A stretch of 32,752 nt of DNA from contig NIVC01000599.1 in the NCBI GenBank assembly GCA_002269645.1, forward strand, positions 94,565-127,316, read 5' to 3'. The stretch comes from Macrostomum lignano (lineage: Eukaryota). Both the position numbers and the translations under genes were made by a program. Below, piece after piece: positions 12,378 to 23,577 of this stretch. Position 1 is the stretch's first letter. The number at the start of each line of letters is the position of its first letter. The notes under the pieces were generated by a model. The model worked only from the letters and a program-made list of their open reading frames with translations. It was not told where the DNA came from and did no database searches.

Positions 12378-12662
12378 AGAAATGGCGCCCCTCACTCAAA
12401 TGAAATGGCGCCCTCACTCAAATGAAATGGCGCCCCTCACTCAAATGAAATGGCGCCCCTCACTCAAATGAAATGGCGCCCCTCACTCAAATGAAATGGC
12501 ACCAATTCACTCAAATCAAATGGCACCGGTTCACTCAAATGAAATGGCACCAATTCACTCAAATCAAATGGCACCAATTCACTCAAATGAAATGGCACTA
12601 ATTCACTCAAATCAAATGGCACCAATTCACTCAAATGAAATGGCACCTATTCACTCAAATCA
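12378..12662. repeat. 23-24-bp minisatellite (GAAATGGCGCCCCTCACTCAAAT grading into AAATGGCACCAATTCACTCAAAT[G/C]), ~12 copies
   Basis: Two unit variants arranged in a polar fashion. Confidence 0.93.
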
Positions 12663-12740
12663 AACGGTGTATACAATAAACGGGCGCAGCCCCATTAAGG
12701 CATATAGCTAACGGCATGATCTGTCTGACAAATCCGTGCT

Positions 12741-13093
12741 TCTGATTGGCTGGCGCAGGTCACGTGATGCAAATCACAAATACTAAAGTCTCTGTAGGTG
12801 TATTAAAATGCAGAAAGACAAAAGCAAGTTAAGAATTTAATTTTTTAACATTGATCAAAAACAACAGTCAGCATAGCCTGGGTCACTAGCCGGAGACAAA
12901 TCTATTCTTCTATTCTCTATACCTGTAGTCTGTGTATAATGAAACAACAAATACAAAAACAAATCAGAAATCATATATCAAACAAAAAGTCAATACTCGA
13001 ATCTGAAAAGCAAAGCTGTCAGGATAGCAAATACTAATTTATCAATACATGTACACTATAGGTTGCTAATGACGCACCTGGCGACATAGCAAC
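12741..13093. promoter_or_regulatory. Candidate promoter motif cluster (inverted CCAAT, E-box GTCACGTGA, RFX-like half sites)
   Basis: ATTGG at 12745-12749, GTCACGTGA at 12759-12767, GTTGCTA at 13062, and CCTGGCGAC/CATAGCAAC at 13077-13093. This is a motif match only; no TSS evidence. Confidence 0.3.
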
Positions 13094-13434
13094 AAAACTA
13101 ATTAGTAAATAGCTTACTGAAGTACAGCGACGGAGTGAGTGCTCAGTAAGACGTTGCGCCAGGATGCCAATCAAGCTAACCTTGCGAGCTGTTTTCCCCA
13201 TTTCTTCCGACTAAGCCGACATCAGCTTTATGAAATATGAAATCGCAAATGGAATTAATAGGATTGAAGAATACAAAATCAAGCTAAATGGATTGGACTG
13301 TGAGACTAGGATTAGAAACAAATAAACGTCATCGCGTCAACAACTGCTGTCACAGGACAATGTCTGACAGCTGTGTCAAGGGAACAGGTGCTAAAATACC
13401 AGGTAGCTATCTGTGAGCACGGGAGCAGCTGGTC

Positions 13435-16400
13435 TCAGTCCTGCTCCTGCGGTTCGACCGCTAACTCGGCGCTTTCCCGATCCCCGCCGCCGTCTTTGAT
13501 GCCGCCGCCTTTGCCGCCGCTGGGCACCTTCGACCGCGCCTTAGCCGCCGCACGTTCAGCGCGTTCCGCTTTGGCCTCGGCCGCTTCGGCCGCCGATTCA
13601 GCGCTGGTCGCCTCGGATTCGGCCGCTTCGGCGAGCGCTCGCGCTTCGTCTGCGCGTTGCCGCGCCTCCTTAGCGGCGGCCCGAGCGGCGTCGGCTTCGG
13701 AGCGCGCCTCGCTGGCGGCCAGTTCAGCTTTCGCCGCAGCCTCGGCCGCGTCCGACGCGTTGTTGGCTTCGTCTTTGAGTCGCTGCTGGCGGAGCTTGGC
13801 GCATTCGGGCTTGTGCACCGGCCAGTTCAAGCGCTGACAGCGGGATCCGCAGTATCTGAGGTTGGATGGCGATGAGCAGCAAGTTGCGGGGCTCGTTTGT
13901 TGATACTTAAAATTAATTGAACACGCACCGAATGCGTGACATGGTTCGCGCCTGGACAAATGACCTTGAATCACGTACTGATATGGTTAATTTCTGTCAA
14001 ATGACCTTGAACTAACATCAGAGAGTTTGGTATGATCATTTTGCTTTTCTCTTTCCGTCGGGCTGGTTTGTAGATAAATTACAACTAAACAGGCACAGAA
14101 TGCGTGACATGGTTTGCGCACGGACAAATGACCTTGAATCACGTACTGATGTGGTTAATTTCTGTCAAATGACCTTGAAACACGAACGGGATGCATGCTC
14201 TTGCGCGCATTTTGATGATCGACCTTGAACTAAGATCAGAGAGTATGGTATGATCTTTTTGCCTGTCTCTTTCCGCAGAAGTCGTTTGTTGATAAGTTAC
14301 AATTAAACATGCACCGAATGCGTGACATGGTTCGCGCCTGGACAAATGACCTTGAACCACGTATTGATATGGTTACTTTCCGTCAAATGACCTTGAAACA
14401 CGAACGGGATGCATGCCCTTCCTCGTTATCACACATTTCTTACGACACATTAAAATCTCGCATCGACTGTGTATTCATGTTTTTTTGCTCGCTGACCTTG
14501 AACCACGTTTGCAGAATGCATGCTCGTATCTACTAGTTTGTTTTGTGACGAAAAGGCCTTCAGTCACAAGGTCAGGTGATACAGTTGATTTCTATGGAAT
14601 GATCTGAACCATGCAAAAAGTTGAGTACGTTGCTTACTAGATTGTTACTTTTTTACATAACTCATATGCAGTATTACTCACAAAAACTCTCAGACAAGCA
14701 TATATCGGTTATTTTCTGTCAAATGACCTTTAATCACGCATAGGATGCGTGATTTTCTTTCATCAACCCGCAAATGACCTTGAAGAAAAACGTTCAACAA
14801 AACAGCCTTGCATCACGCACAAGACGCGCGTCTGAATGCCATTTAATCAGCTTTCTGACCGATGACCTTGAACCACGCACATAACATAATGCGTGCTATT
14901 TTATGAGATGGATAAAGTAACAAGTATTTTTTAGCTCTCAGACTCACTTGACAACTCGACAGCCAGCGCAGTGCCGACAGCCAATAAACTGATCGCAGAC
15001 TTCGCAAGCGTCCTGATCAGCAAAGAACTGCTGCCCGTTGACGGCTCCATTGAGCACACTAACCGCTGTCGGCCGACAACCAAGACGGCTGCTCGCTAGA
15101 CTGCGAATCATAGTACGCAACAGGTTGCTCTCCGTGTAGGGATACTCGCGAAGAACGCGCCGGATCAGCTCTTCGGAACCGCGGCCGGCCCGGGCCGGTC
15201 CGACTGGCTGAGTCAGTCGGCGCAGCGCTTGGTCCAGCGACTGGAAGGAATCGATTTTTAAACGCGCGTTGCGCTTATCATAGAACTAGGAAGGACAGCG
15301 CTTATCGTAGAACACTATGGATAGCAGCGCTTATCGTAGAACACTATGGATAGCAGCGCTTATCGTAGAACACTATGGATAGTAGCGCTTATCGTAGAAC
15401 ACTATGGATAGCAGCGCTTATCGTAGAACACTATGGATAGTAGCGCTTATCGTAGAACACTATGGATAGCAGCGCTTATCGTAGAACACTATGGATAGCA
15501 GCGCTTATCGTAGAACACTATGGATAGTAGCGCTTATCGTAGAACACTATGGATAGTAGCGCTTATCGTAGAACACTATGGATAGCAGCGCTTATCGTAG
15601 AACACTATGGATAGTAGCGCTTATCGTAGAACACTATGGATAGTAGCGCTTATCGTAGAACACTATGGATAGTAGCGCTTATCGTAGAACACTATGGATA
15701 GCAGCGCTTATCGTAGAACACTATGGATAGCAGCGCTTATCGTAGAACACTATGGATAGCAGCGCTTATCGTAGAACACTATGGATAGCAGCGCTTATCG
15801 TAGAACACTATGGATGGTAGCGCTTATCGTAGAACTATGATTAGCACAGGACTAAAATAAAGAGCGTAGGCTCATCCTCAGCCTCATCAGCTCATCCATC
15901 AGATCAGCTCACCACTTGTTCATCATCCTTTCCGGACTCGACTCGACAGCGCTCCCACTCAGCCAGCAGGTGTCGAACAGCCACTGCCAGGTAAAAGAAT
16001 TTTATACTCAATACTTCGTTGAGATCGCGGCGCTTCCATTGAGACTCGGAGAGCAGCTCGAGGACGCGCGGTACAGCCGGATTCAGCAGAGCCGGTCGCA
16101 ATTCCAGCGTGTAGCACAGGTGAGCGGGGTTCAGATTTACGTCAGTAACTAGCATCCAGGTGTCCTCTAGGGCAAATATTGGGGTTTAAGTGTTGAGAAA
16201 AGCTTTAAAATAAGCTTGAATAGCGCACTGCATTCATGCTTGGAGTAAGAGCATTGGCAAATGACCTTGAATCAAGCAATACATTCATGCTTGGAGTAAG
16301 AGCATTGACAAGTGACCTTGAATCACGCACTGCATTCATGCTGGGAGTAAGAGCATTGACAAGTGACCTTGAATCACGCACTGCATTCATGCTGGGAGTA

Positions 16401-17298
16401 AGAGCATTGACAAGTGACCTTGAATCACGCACTGCATTCATGCTGGGAGTAAGAGCATTGGAAAGCGACCTTGAATCACGCCCTGCATTCATGCTTAGAG
16501 TAAGAGCACTGGCAAGTGACCTTGAATCACGCACTGCATTCATGCCTGGAGTAAGAGCATTGGCAAGTGACCTTGAATCACACACTGCATTCATGCTTGG
16601 AGTAAGAGAATTGGCAAGTGACCTTGAATCACGCCCTGCATTCATGCTTGGAGTAAGAGCATTGACAAGTGACCTTGAATCAAGCACTGCATTCATGCTT
16701 AGAGTAAGAGCATTGACAAGTGACCTTAAATCACGCACTGCATTCATGCAAACAGAAGAGAATCGATAAAAAACCGTGAATCAAGCTCACCAAGCAAATG
16801 AGGCGGCAATTTCGGCTCAGTCTCCAGACCGTGACAACGTGTATAATGCTCCAACTCTTCACGCTCAAAATAGTTGCCAATTAGCGAAGCAATCCGGTGG
16901 TGCCCAACAAAGGCGGCCATCTGGGATGCCGTGCGGCCGAGTCGGTTTGTTTTGTAGGCCCGGGCGCCGCGACGCAGCAGGGAGAGTACAGTTGGCTCAG
17001 AATTGCTGAGTGCGGCAAACATCAAAGCGGTGTAGCCATGCTCGTGACCATCCCAGTTGACATCGGCCTTGCCAGTATCAACTAACAAAGCCACCAGATC
17101 GGCGCGGGCTTTGAAGGCTGCATGCAGCAGCGGCGTCATGCCCTGGTCATCTGGCAGGTTTGGATCGGCTCCAGCTAGCAGGGCCAGGCGGGCTGCTTCC
17201 AGGCCGCTGCCTGACTCAGCTGAGGCTGCGAGAATCAGCGAGTCCTGGGGTGAATTTGCCTGCAAATTTAAGGGGAAATACTTGAGTTTGCTTTTCAT
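13435..17298 (-). CDS. ANKMY2: Ankyrin repeat and MYND domain-containing protein 2 (ANKMY2 / DAF-25 orthologue), spliced
   Basis: Minus-strand exons are 17259-16791 (or from the ATG at 17298), 16166-15913, 15240-14948 and 13855-13435 (TGA). All introns are GT-AG (donors GTGAGC, GTGAGC, GTGAGT) with matching phases 1/0/2. The joined frame has ankyrin repeats (GMTPLLHAAFKA, HEHGYTALMFAALS, GRTASQMAAFVGH), then EPKLPP, NLNP, RDLNEVLSIK, EYPYTESNLL and an intact MYND finger (CEVC..CAGC..YCGSRC..HKPEC). These match vertebrate ANKMY2 motifs as I recall them. Length is 491 aa if 17298 is the start; the true first exon is uncertain. Confidence 0.93.
13926..14880. repeat. Dispersed and duplicated ~85-bp module in the last resolved ANKMY2 intron, rich in AAATGACCTTGAA
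   Basis: Three copies of ...GAATGCGTGACATGGTT(C/T)GCGC...GGACAAATGACCTTGAA...GTCAAATGACCTTGAA start at ~13926, ~14093 and ~14311, and further single motifs occur up to ~14870. Confidence 0.8.
15290..15836. repeat. 29-bp intronic minisatellite (CTATGGATAG[C/T]AGCGCTTATCGTAGAACA), ~19 copies
   Basis: Lies within the ANKMY2 intron 15241-15912. Confidence 0.96.
16227..16748. repeat. 51-bp intronic minisatellite, ~10 copies
   Basis: The unit GACCTTGAATCACGCACTGCATTCATGCTGGGAGTAAGAGCATTGACAAGT lies in the ANKMY2 intron 16167-16790. It is the source of the 17-aa repeat ORFs on both strands. Confidence 0.96.
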
Positions 17299-17574
17299 GC
17301 TACGAGTAGGCCTATGCTGTGATTTCTATTTCAATTTTTATACAAATTTCATAAAGTCAAGCAGTAAAAAATGACAAATTATAACTACTGAATCATGGAG
17401 TCTAGAACTAAAAGACAATGACAATTGACAACCATGTATAAATGCAGCATATGGAATCTCTGAGCCATTATTTTTTCCAATATACTCGTACATGAAAGTT
17501 GCGATTTTATGAAATATATATCATATAACCTACTTTTATATATTTGCAACTTAAGTGTGATTCTAGTGTAAAAA

Positions 17575-17680
17575 GTGGTGTATATATATATATATATATA
17601 CACCATATATACATATATTGCTTATATATATATATATATAAGCAATATATAAATATATATATAAGCAATATATACAATGC
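17575..17680. repeat. (TA)n microsatellite, interrupted
   Basis: TATATA runs. Confidence 0.9.
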
Positions 17681-17874
17681 TTTTAATGCTTACCTAGTAA
17701 GATATAAGAAATTTGTTACTTTTCCAATAAACTAATAAAAGTATACATAGTTTAATTTCTTAAAATTTAAAATATATGTAAGCCTAATAAAAAAGAGTGA
17801 GATCAAAAGAGCCTTTAAAGAGATCTTATTTACAGGAATAATTTTGCTCCCTACTTATTGGACACCCTTCTTAA

Positions 17875-18417
17875 AGGCTACCAGTCACTTTGGCAATAAG
17901 AGATTTTGGCAATGGACACTTTGGTGACAATTTTGGGACAAAGAAATTTTTTGGCAACAGTTATTGCCATATTGGGGACAAAGAAAGAGAAATTTTAGCA
18001 AAAAGCCTACAATATAAATTTAGGAATAAGTATTGATTTGACAAATGATTTATATTTCTATTTCACTTTTTCAAAGGTAAAATGAACTATAAAAAAGGTC
18101 ACAAAGATAATAATTTTTATTATAAAAGTAAAATGAAAATAAAAGTCAGCCATGCACTTCATTAAAACAGTTAAAAAACTTACTGGTTTCAAAATTGAAT
18201 AAAAGTCATTAAAATAAAATAAACTGAAGTAATCAATCTATTTAAGTATCAAGCAAGCAGTAGCTGTAAATCTTTATTTTGTTAAATTGATATACCTGGA
18301 GAATTTGCCCAAATGGCCTTACATTGTCACCAAAGACAAAAGTGACTGTTGCCAAAATGTCTTGTTGCTAAAATGTCCATCGCCAAAATGTCCTGTCACC
18401 AAAGTGACTGGTAGCCT
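17875..18417. mobile_element. MITE-like element with terminal inverted repeats, superfamily unassigned
   Basis: AGGCTACCAGTCACTTTGG at 17875 pairs with CCAAAGTGACTGGTAGCCT ending at 18417. Subterminal TTTTGGCAA/TTGCCAAAA repeats face each other. There is no clean TSD. Confidence 0.6.
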
Positions 18418-18961
18418 GCTAAAGTAGGACACTGGATTGCTAGTATTATCTGAAAGCTAATTGAGATAAACAATTAATAGCTTAATTTTTTTTAAACTAT
18501 ATAAATTACAAAATATTTTTGAGAAATAATAAGCAATCTATATATTATTATACAACATTTTATAAATTATATTTTAATTTCACAAAATTCTTAGGACTTA
18601 GATCTATGCTGGCCTATACTAAATGGTAGGCCTCCCTATTCTAAACTTTAAGTTATTGTTATTTTAACATTATGTTATGGATATTTTAGGAAAGAATTAA
18701 TTTATATCCATAGTCTTAATCATGCTGGGTACATGCCTAAACAAAAATTGAATAATTACAAATGCATGCCAAAAAATTGAGTGCATGCTCATTATCAAAA
18801 CTATGCCGGGCAACAATAAATGACCTTTTTTGCATTGTGACAATAAATGACTTTTTTAATTGTGTATTGGACCTTTTTTGTAAATAATTCAGTTGATTTT
18901 TCTACTTTTTTATGATATTATTTATAGTGGCAAATTGATGCATGCAAAGATTTGTTCAAAT

Positions 18962-21679
18962 TAGGGGGCGACCCAGTCCCGGGCCCGGGCCCGAAAAGTC
19001 GGGAATCCCGACCAAAATCGTGGCCCGACCCGGGCCCGGGCCCGAACCTAAAAAAGTCGGGAAATCGGGACAAGTCTTTTTTCCCTAAAGGCACTAACCG
19101 CGTGCGAATAAGAAAAAATTATTTTTCAACACATTCACACTAATTTACCCTTAATGCATGCCCCAGGAAAATGCAACTGCAACTGCAAGGCATGACTGCA
19201 TGAGGCATCTCTGTCTCTGGTCGGTCACTGACCTCACCTCGACCTCACGATTCGACTGCCCTGTCTATCCGACGCCGCTCTGCCCTAGTGACCTTTGGAA
19301 CAACCCAATTGAGACGTCCACCTTCCTGGAGTCGACCTTCCTCGGCGGGCTGGGACCCGAGCCGTAGGTTAATACACACACACCTCGACCTCACCTGACC
19401 TGACTGTGAGCGGTCTGTGATTCTATGAAGCTGTCGGTCACTCACTGTCACTGGTGACTGGTGTCAGTCAAGCTCAAGCCTGTCTGCCCTGCCCCGGCTG
19501 TCCGTGAAGTTCGGTGATGTCTGGTGCTGCTCCCATCCCGATTCCCGATGTCCAGTCCAGGTCCAGGCTGCCAAGTCAGAGTGCCAATGCCGACTCCCGT
19601 TCCCGTTCCGTCACCGTCCTGAGTCTTGGACAGCTGGACTCCTGTCCTGAGTCCTGACTCCCACTCGAGCTTGAGTCAAGTAACCCACTCACTTAACTAA
19701 ACAGTCAGATTCGAATTTTCGAGTGTACATGTACGACAATAAAATTACATACTGTTCAAAATTGATGATACATATCATACAATATACATACAATATAGAT
19801 ATATGTATATATATATATGTAATACTGATAGACTGATAGTGATATCATATCTGATACCGATTTATTGAAATTGACATCGTAAAAGATTACTGACTTCTGA
19901 GTTTTGACTTTTTCCTTTTTTATCACTTTCGTTTCGTCTGGACTCCTGGAGTGGAGAAGAGAAGTTGAGTGGAGGCCGAGGCCCGAGGGTGGACTGGACT
20001 GGACTTTGAACTTTCTGGGCTCGTGGAGTGGAGTTGTGTCGTGTCTGAGGCGTGAGTCGTGACTTGTGACTGATTCGTGATTCGCGAGTTTTGTTTTGAC
20101 CGTGACGGTGACTCGTGATTGTGTAGTGACTCGTGAGTCGTGATCGTGACTCCGTAAGTGACGGACTACAGACGGAGTGCTAAAAATCACTGCTAGGCTA
20201 GTGCTATAAGTATCGAGTAATTATTACTGTCACTTTCGTTAGAATTATACAGTGTAGTGTAGTGTACTCTAATCAATAATCATTTCCTCGTCATCCGTCA
20301 TGTCAGGTCAGTGGTCAGGACTCAGGACTCAGGATCAGGACAGCACAACACTCAGTTAAGCATCGCATCAGTAATAGTAATAGATTTAGTATATTTAGAT
20401 GATATGATGTGAAGTAGCAATATCATTGATTCGTAGTAGGCTCTTAGCGTGAGCGTCTGTGACCGTGAGCGTCAGCCACAGCCAGTTTCCACTTTCCAGG
20501 AAGATCGGATTTTTTTCCAGGAAGATAAAATTAAAACATAGTTTTGCAATACTTTTTTGCAATATTGATTCCACTTTACACGCTGCAGGCTGCAGCCTAA
20601 AAGCAAAAATATGATTCTTTAAAAAGTTTATTTGTCATTTTTAAGCTTTTGTAAATAACATTTCCTATTTACATTCCAAGAAGGCTACCATTTTTCCAAG
20701 AAGTTTGCTATCTATTAGAGTTTGTAATCGTGTTCATATTTGTATCGTAGGTAGTCGTAGTCGTAGACTTGTAGTATCGTATTCGTAATCATATTCGTTT
20801 AAGTAGGTAGGTGAGCAGGTAGGCAGGTATCAGCTAATTACTTGTATTTCCATTGTCTGTTTGCCTGTTCTGTTGAGACAGTTGAGTGTTGTGTTGTGTT
20901 GTCACTTCACTTGTGTTCTGTTCTGTTATCTTGTCTTGTTGTCTTACTGAATACTGACTGTGTACATGGCTCTTTACATTGAAGCTATGTAAAGGAACTA
21001 AAAATTCAAATAAAAGAATCAATCAATTGATTTGGTTCTTACTTCCTTACTGCTTCCAATGCCAAGTGCCTTACACTTAATGCTTCAGCTTTTCTTCTTT
21101 TGCTTACTGCCACTGCCAGTGCCAGCCGCACTGCCGCAGTGACTGCTTGCCTACCTCACTGCTTGTTAGTATCACTGTCACTGGCACACACACAGTACTT
21201 GTGCCACACACTCACACAGTGACATTGAATTTGAACTATTGAGTATATTGATATTTGAGTATTAAGTCTTTTAATGTAACTCTTATCTTATTCTGAAGTC
21301 TTAACTAATGTATTAAATAATAATAATATTTATTGTATATTTATTATATTTAAATTTAAATATTTATTATATTTAATATAATATATTATATTTATTATAT
21401 TTATATATTATTATATATTTAATATATTTATATATTATAATATATTTAATGTTTATCATATATTTATTATACATTTAATATATTATATTAAATTTAATAT
21501 ATTGATATATTTATTATATATTTAATAGTAATCCGCATATGCTAAAAGTATTAAGATTTATTATGATTTTTTTCCAATTATTGAGCTGTCCTAAAGATCT
21601 TGTCCCGAATTCCCGAGGCCCGACCCGGGCCCGAGTCCTCATTCCCGGGCCCGACTTTGGCCGTCCCGGTCGCCCCCTA
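18962..21679. mobile_element. Non-autonomous hAT-superfamily DNA transposon (~2.7 kb)
   Basis: It has a perfect 12-bp TIR TAGGGGGCGACC (18962-18973 and 21668-21679) and an 8-bp TSD GTTCAAAT (18954-18961 and 21680-21687). Subterminal GGGCCCGGG/GTCGGG motifs occur at both ends. The interior is low-complexity with no transposase ORF. Confidence 0.88.
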
Positions 21680-23577
21680 GTTCAAATGCTTAATTGCAAA
21701 CTTACAAAAACCCAGAAAGCTTAACATTTACACTTAAAATGAACTTTTTTCATCTTTTTCTACTTTAAAATAACTCTTCCATTTGATTTTATAGTGCTAT
21801 GCACATAAAGTATGCACATGATATACACTAGGCCTATTTTCTTAGAAGTGATGCATGCCAACTATGCACACCTAATTTTGGTATGCAAGGCCAATACATG
21901 CCCAAATTTTTGGGCATATACAACATGATCTAGAGTGTGGATTCATATGTCCATTTCTGAGCTATATAGGCCTAGGTATGATGGATGCACGCAAATTTGG
22001 CGACAAACAAATTTGGTGACAGAGATTCACAATGGACTAATTTGGCAAAAGTGAATTCGGCGACAATCTTGGCTAATTGGGCAATATGTCTTTTTATAGC
22101 TAGCCTAAAGACAAGTTAAAGCAAATTACATAAAAAGGCTTTCTTACAATACATGTGAAAGTTTAAAAAATGTGAAATCATGCCTGCATAAGCGTGTTAA
22201 AGCAACTGAAAAATTGTTTTGTTAAATTGGACATCCCACGTCTTGAGAAATGTAAGTGGTGAATGGGGGCCACTTGACATATTTTAATTTTGTTATTTTT
22301 CTTTGCATGGCATATTTTTGCGAATTCCTTCCCCGACATTGTGAACAATGGAAAGACCTTATTAGGCATACGAGAACATCATTTTTCATATGCCCATGAA
22401 CCATAGAAGTTACATACAACCTGGTTTCTGCACTGTAGTCTGTATATTTAAAAAATCACGAGACACTAGAACTACGGCGAAAGTTAATAAACAAGTTTAA
22501 CACTGAGACTTAGGAATAATATTCTTTTGCAAAGTCTGCAACAGACTTTTTACCTACTTCCCATAGTCTACGAACCCCATTCCACAAACAAGTTATTAGT
22601 TAACAACATGAGATAGGGTTTTGCTAATAATGATAACAAGTAAGAATTTGTTCGCTTGATTACTGATTTATTAGCTTGTTTGCTTGATGTATCTGATAAC
22701 TGATTTAATTAATTTTCACGCCGAAATGATGGATTATGGCGCCGTACCCCCAAATTCAACATAATTTCCAAACGCGTAGATTCAAAACGTTCTTGTAAAA
22801 TAGTGATGTTGAAAAAATATAAGCATATGTACATGGAATAACAAAATGTATAGGTTTGACGTTTTCTGAACGAAATCTCGCTTATCTTAAGACACTTTAT
22901 TTACTTAGAAAGTTAAAAACGGTGAGTTCTGCAATTTAAATTACGTGTTTTTATAGATTTGTTTTCGTCATTCTTCTGAAAAAAGATGTTTCTAGAAAGT
23001 TCTTAATCATGCATCATCGTCGACTCTGGATGGTGTCAGTTAGGGCCTTATTGTTCATATTGCTTGTTTTGGTTCCATAACCAGATCCAATTTATAAAGT
23101 ATAACTTTACCTCCTAAACTAGAGGGATATATTGTATCGAATAGGAATTGAATAGCAGTAGCCAATAAGCAAAGAAAGTGAAAAATCATGTAGAGTGAGT
23201 CAAACATTCAAGAAATTAAAAAAAAAATAGTTACTCCTTTTTCTCTTGGCCTTAGCCTCTTAGGCCTTAAGCCTAGTTAATAATATAAATGAAATTTTTT
23301 CCCGTGGCTATAATAAATAGGCCTAGCTAAATTGCTGTTTTGCTTTTTAACCTACAGTGACTATAAAAAACCATATTGCTAGGCTACTTGCCTACTTATT
23401 GTTTTGTTATATGGTTATATCATTGATATAGCATGTTGCGCATGTATATCAAGCTTAACCCTTAAATCCACATATGAGCATAATTGTTTTATGCATTGAC
23501 TATGAAAATAATAGGTCTAGTTTTTCTCTTTGTATAATCTTCATAATAATAGCAATGCCAATGGCCCTATTTAATTT

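Noticed and set aside
13373-13875. Plus-strand Ala/Ser-rich ORFs as an overlapping gene
   Set aside because: They are the antisense shadow of the GC-rich last ANKMY2 exon.
16205-16769. 17-aa repeat ORFs on both strands
   Set aside because: They are a 51-bp minisatellite lying wholly within a canonical ANKMY2 intron.
19245-19451. Missing ANKMY2 exon 1 or a transposase remnant inside the hAT element
   Set aside because: A phase-0 donor (AAG|GTCACT) exists but is weak. The peptide has no ANKMY2 similarity and I see no hAT catalytic or dimerisation motifs.
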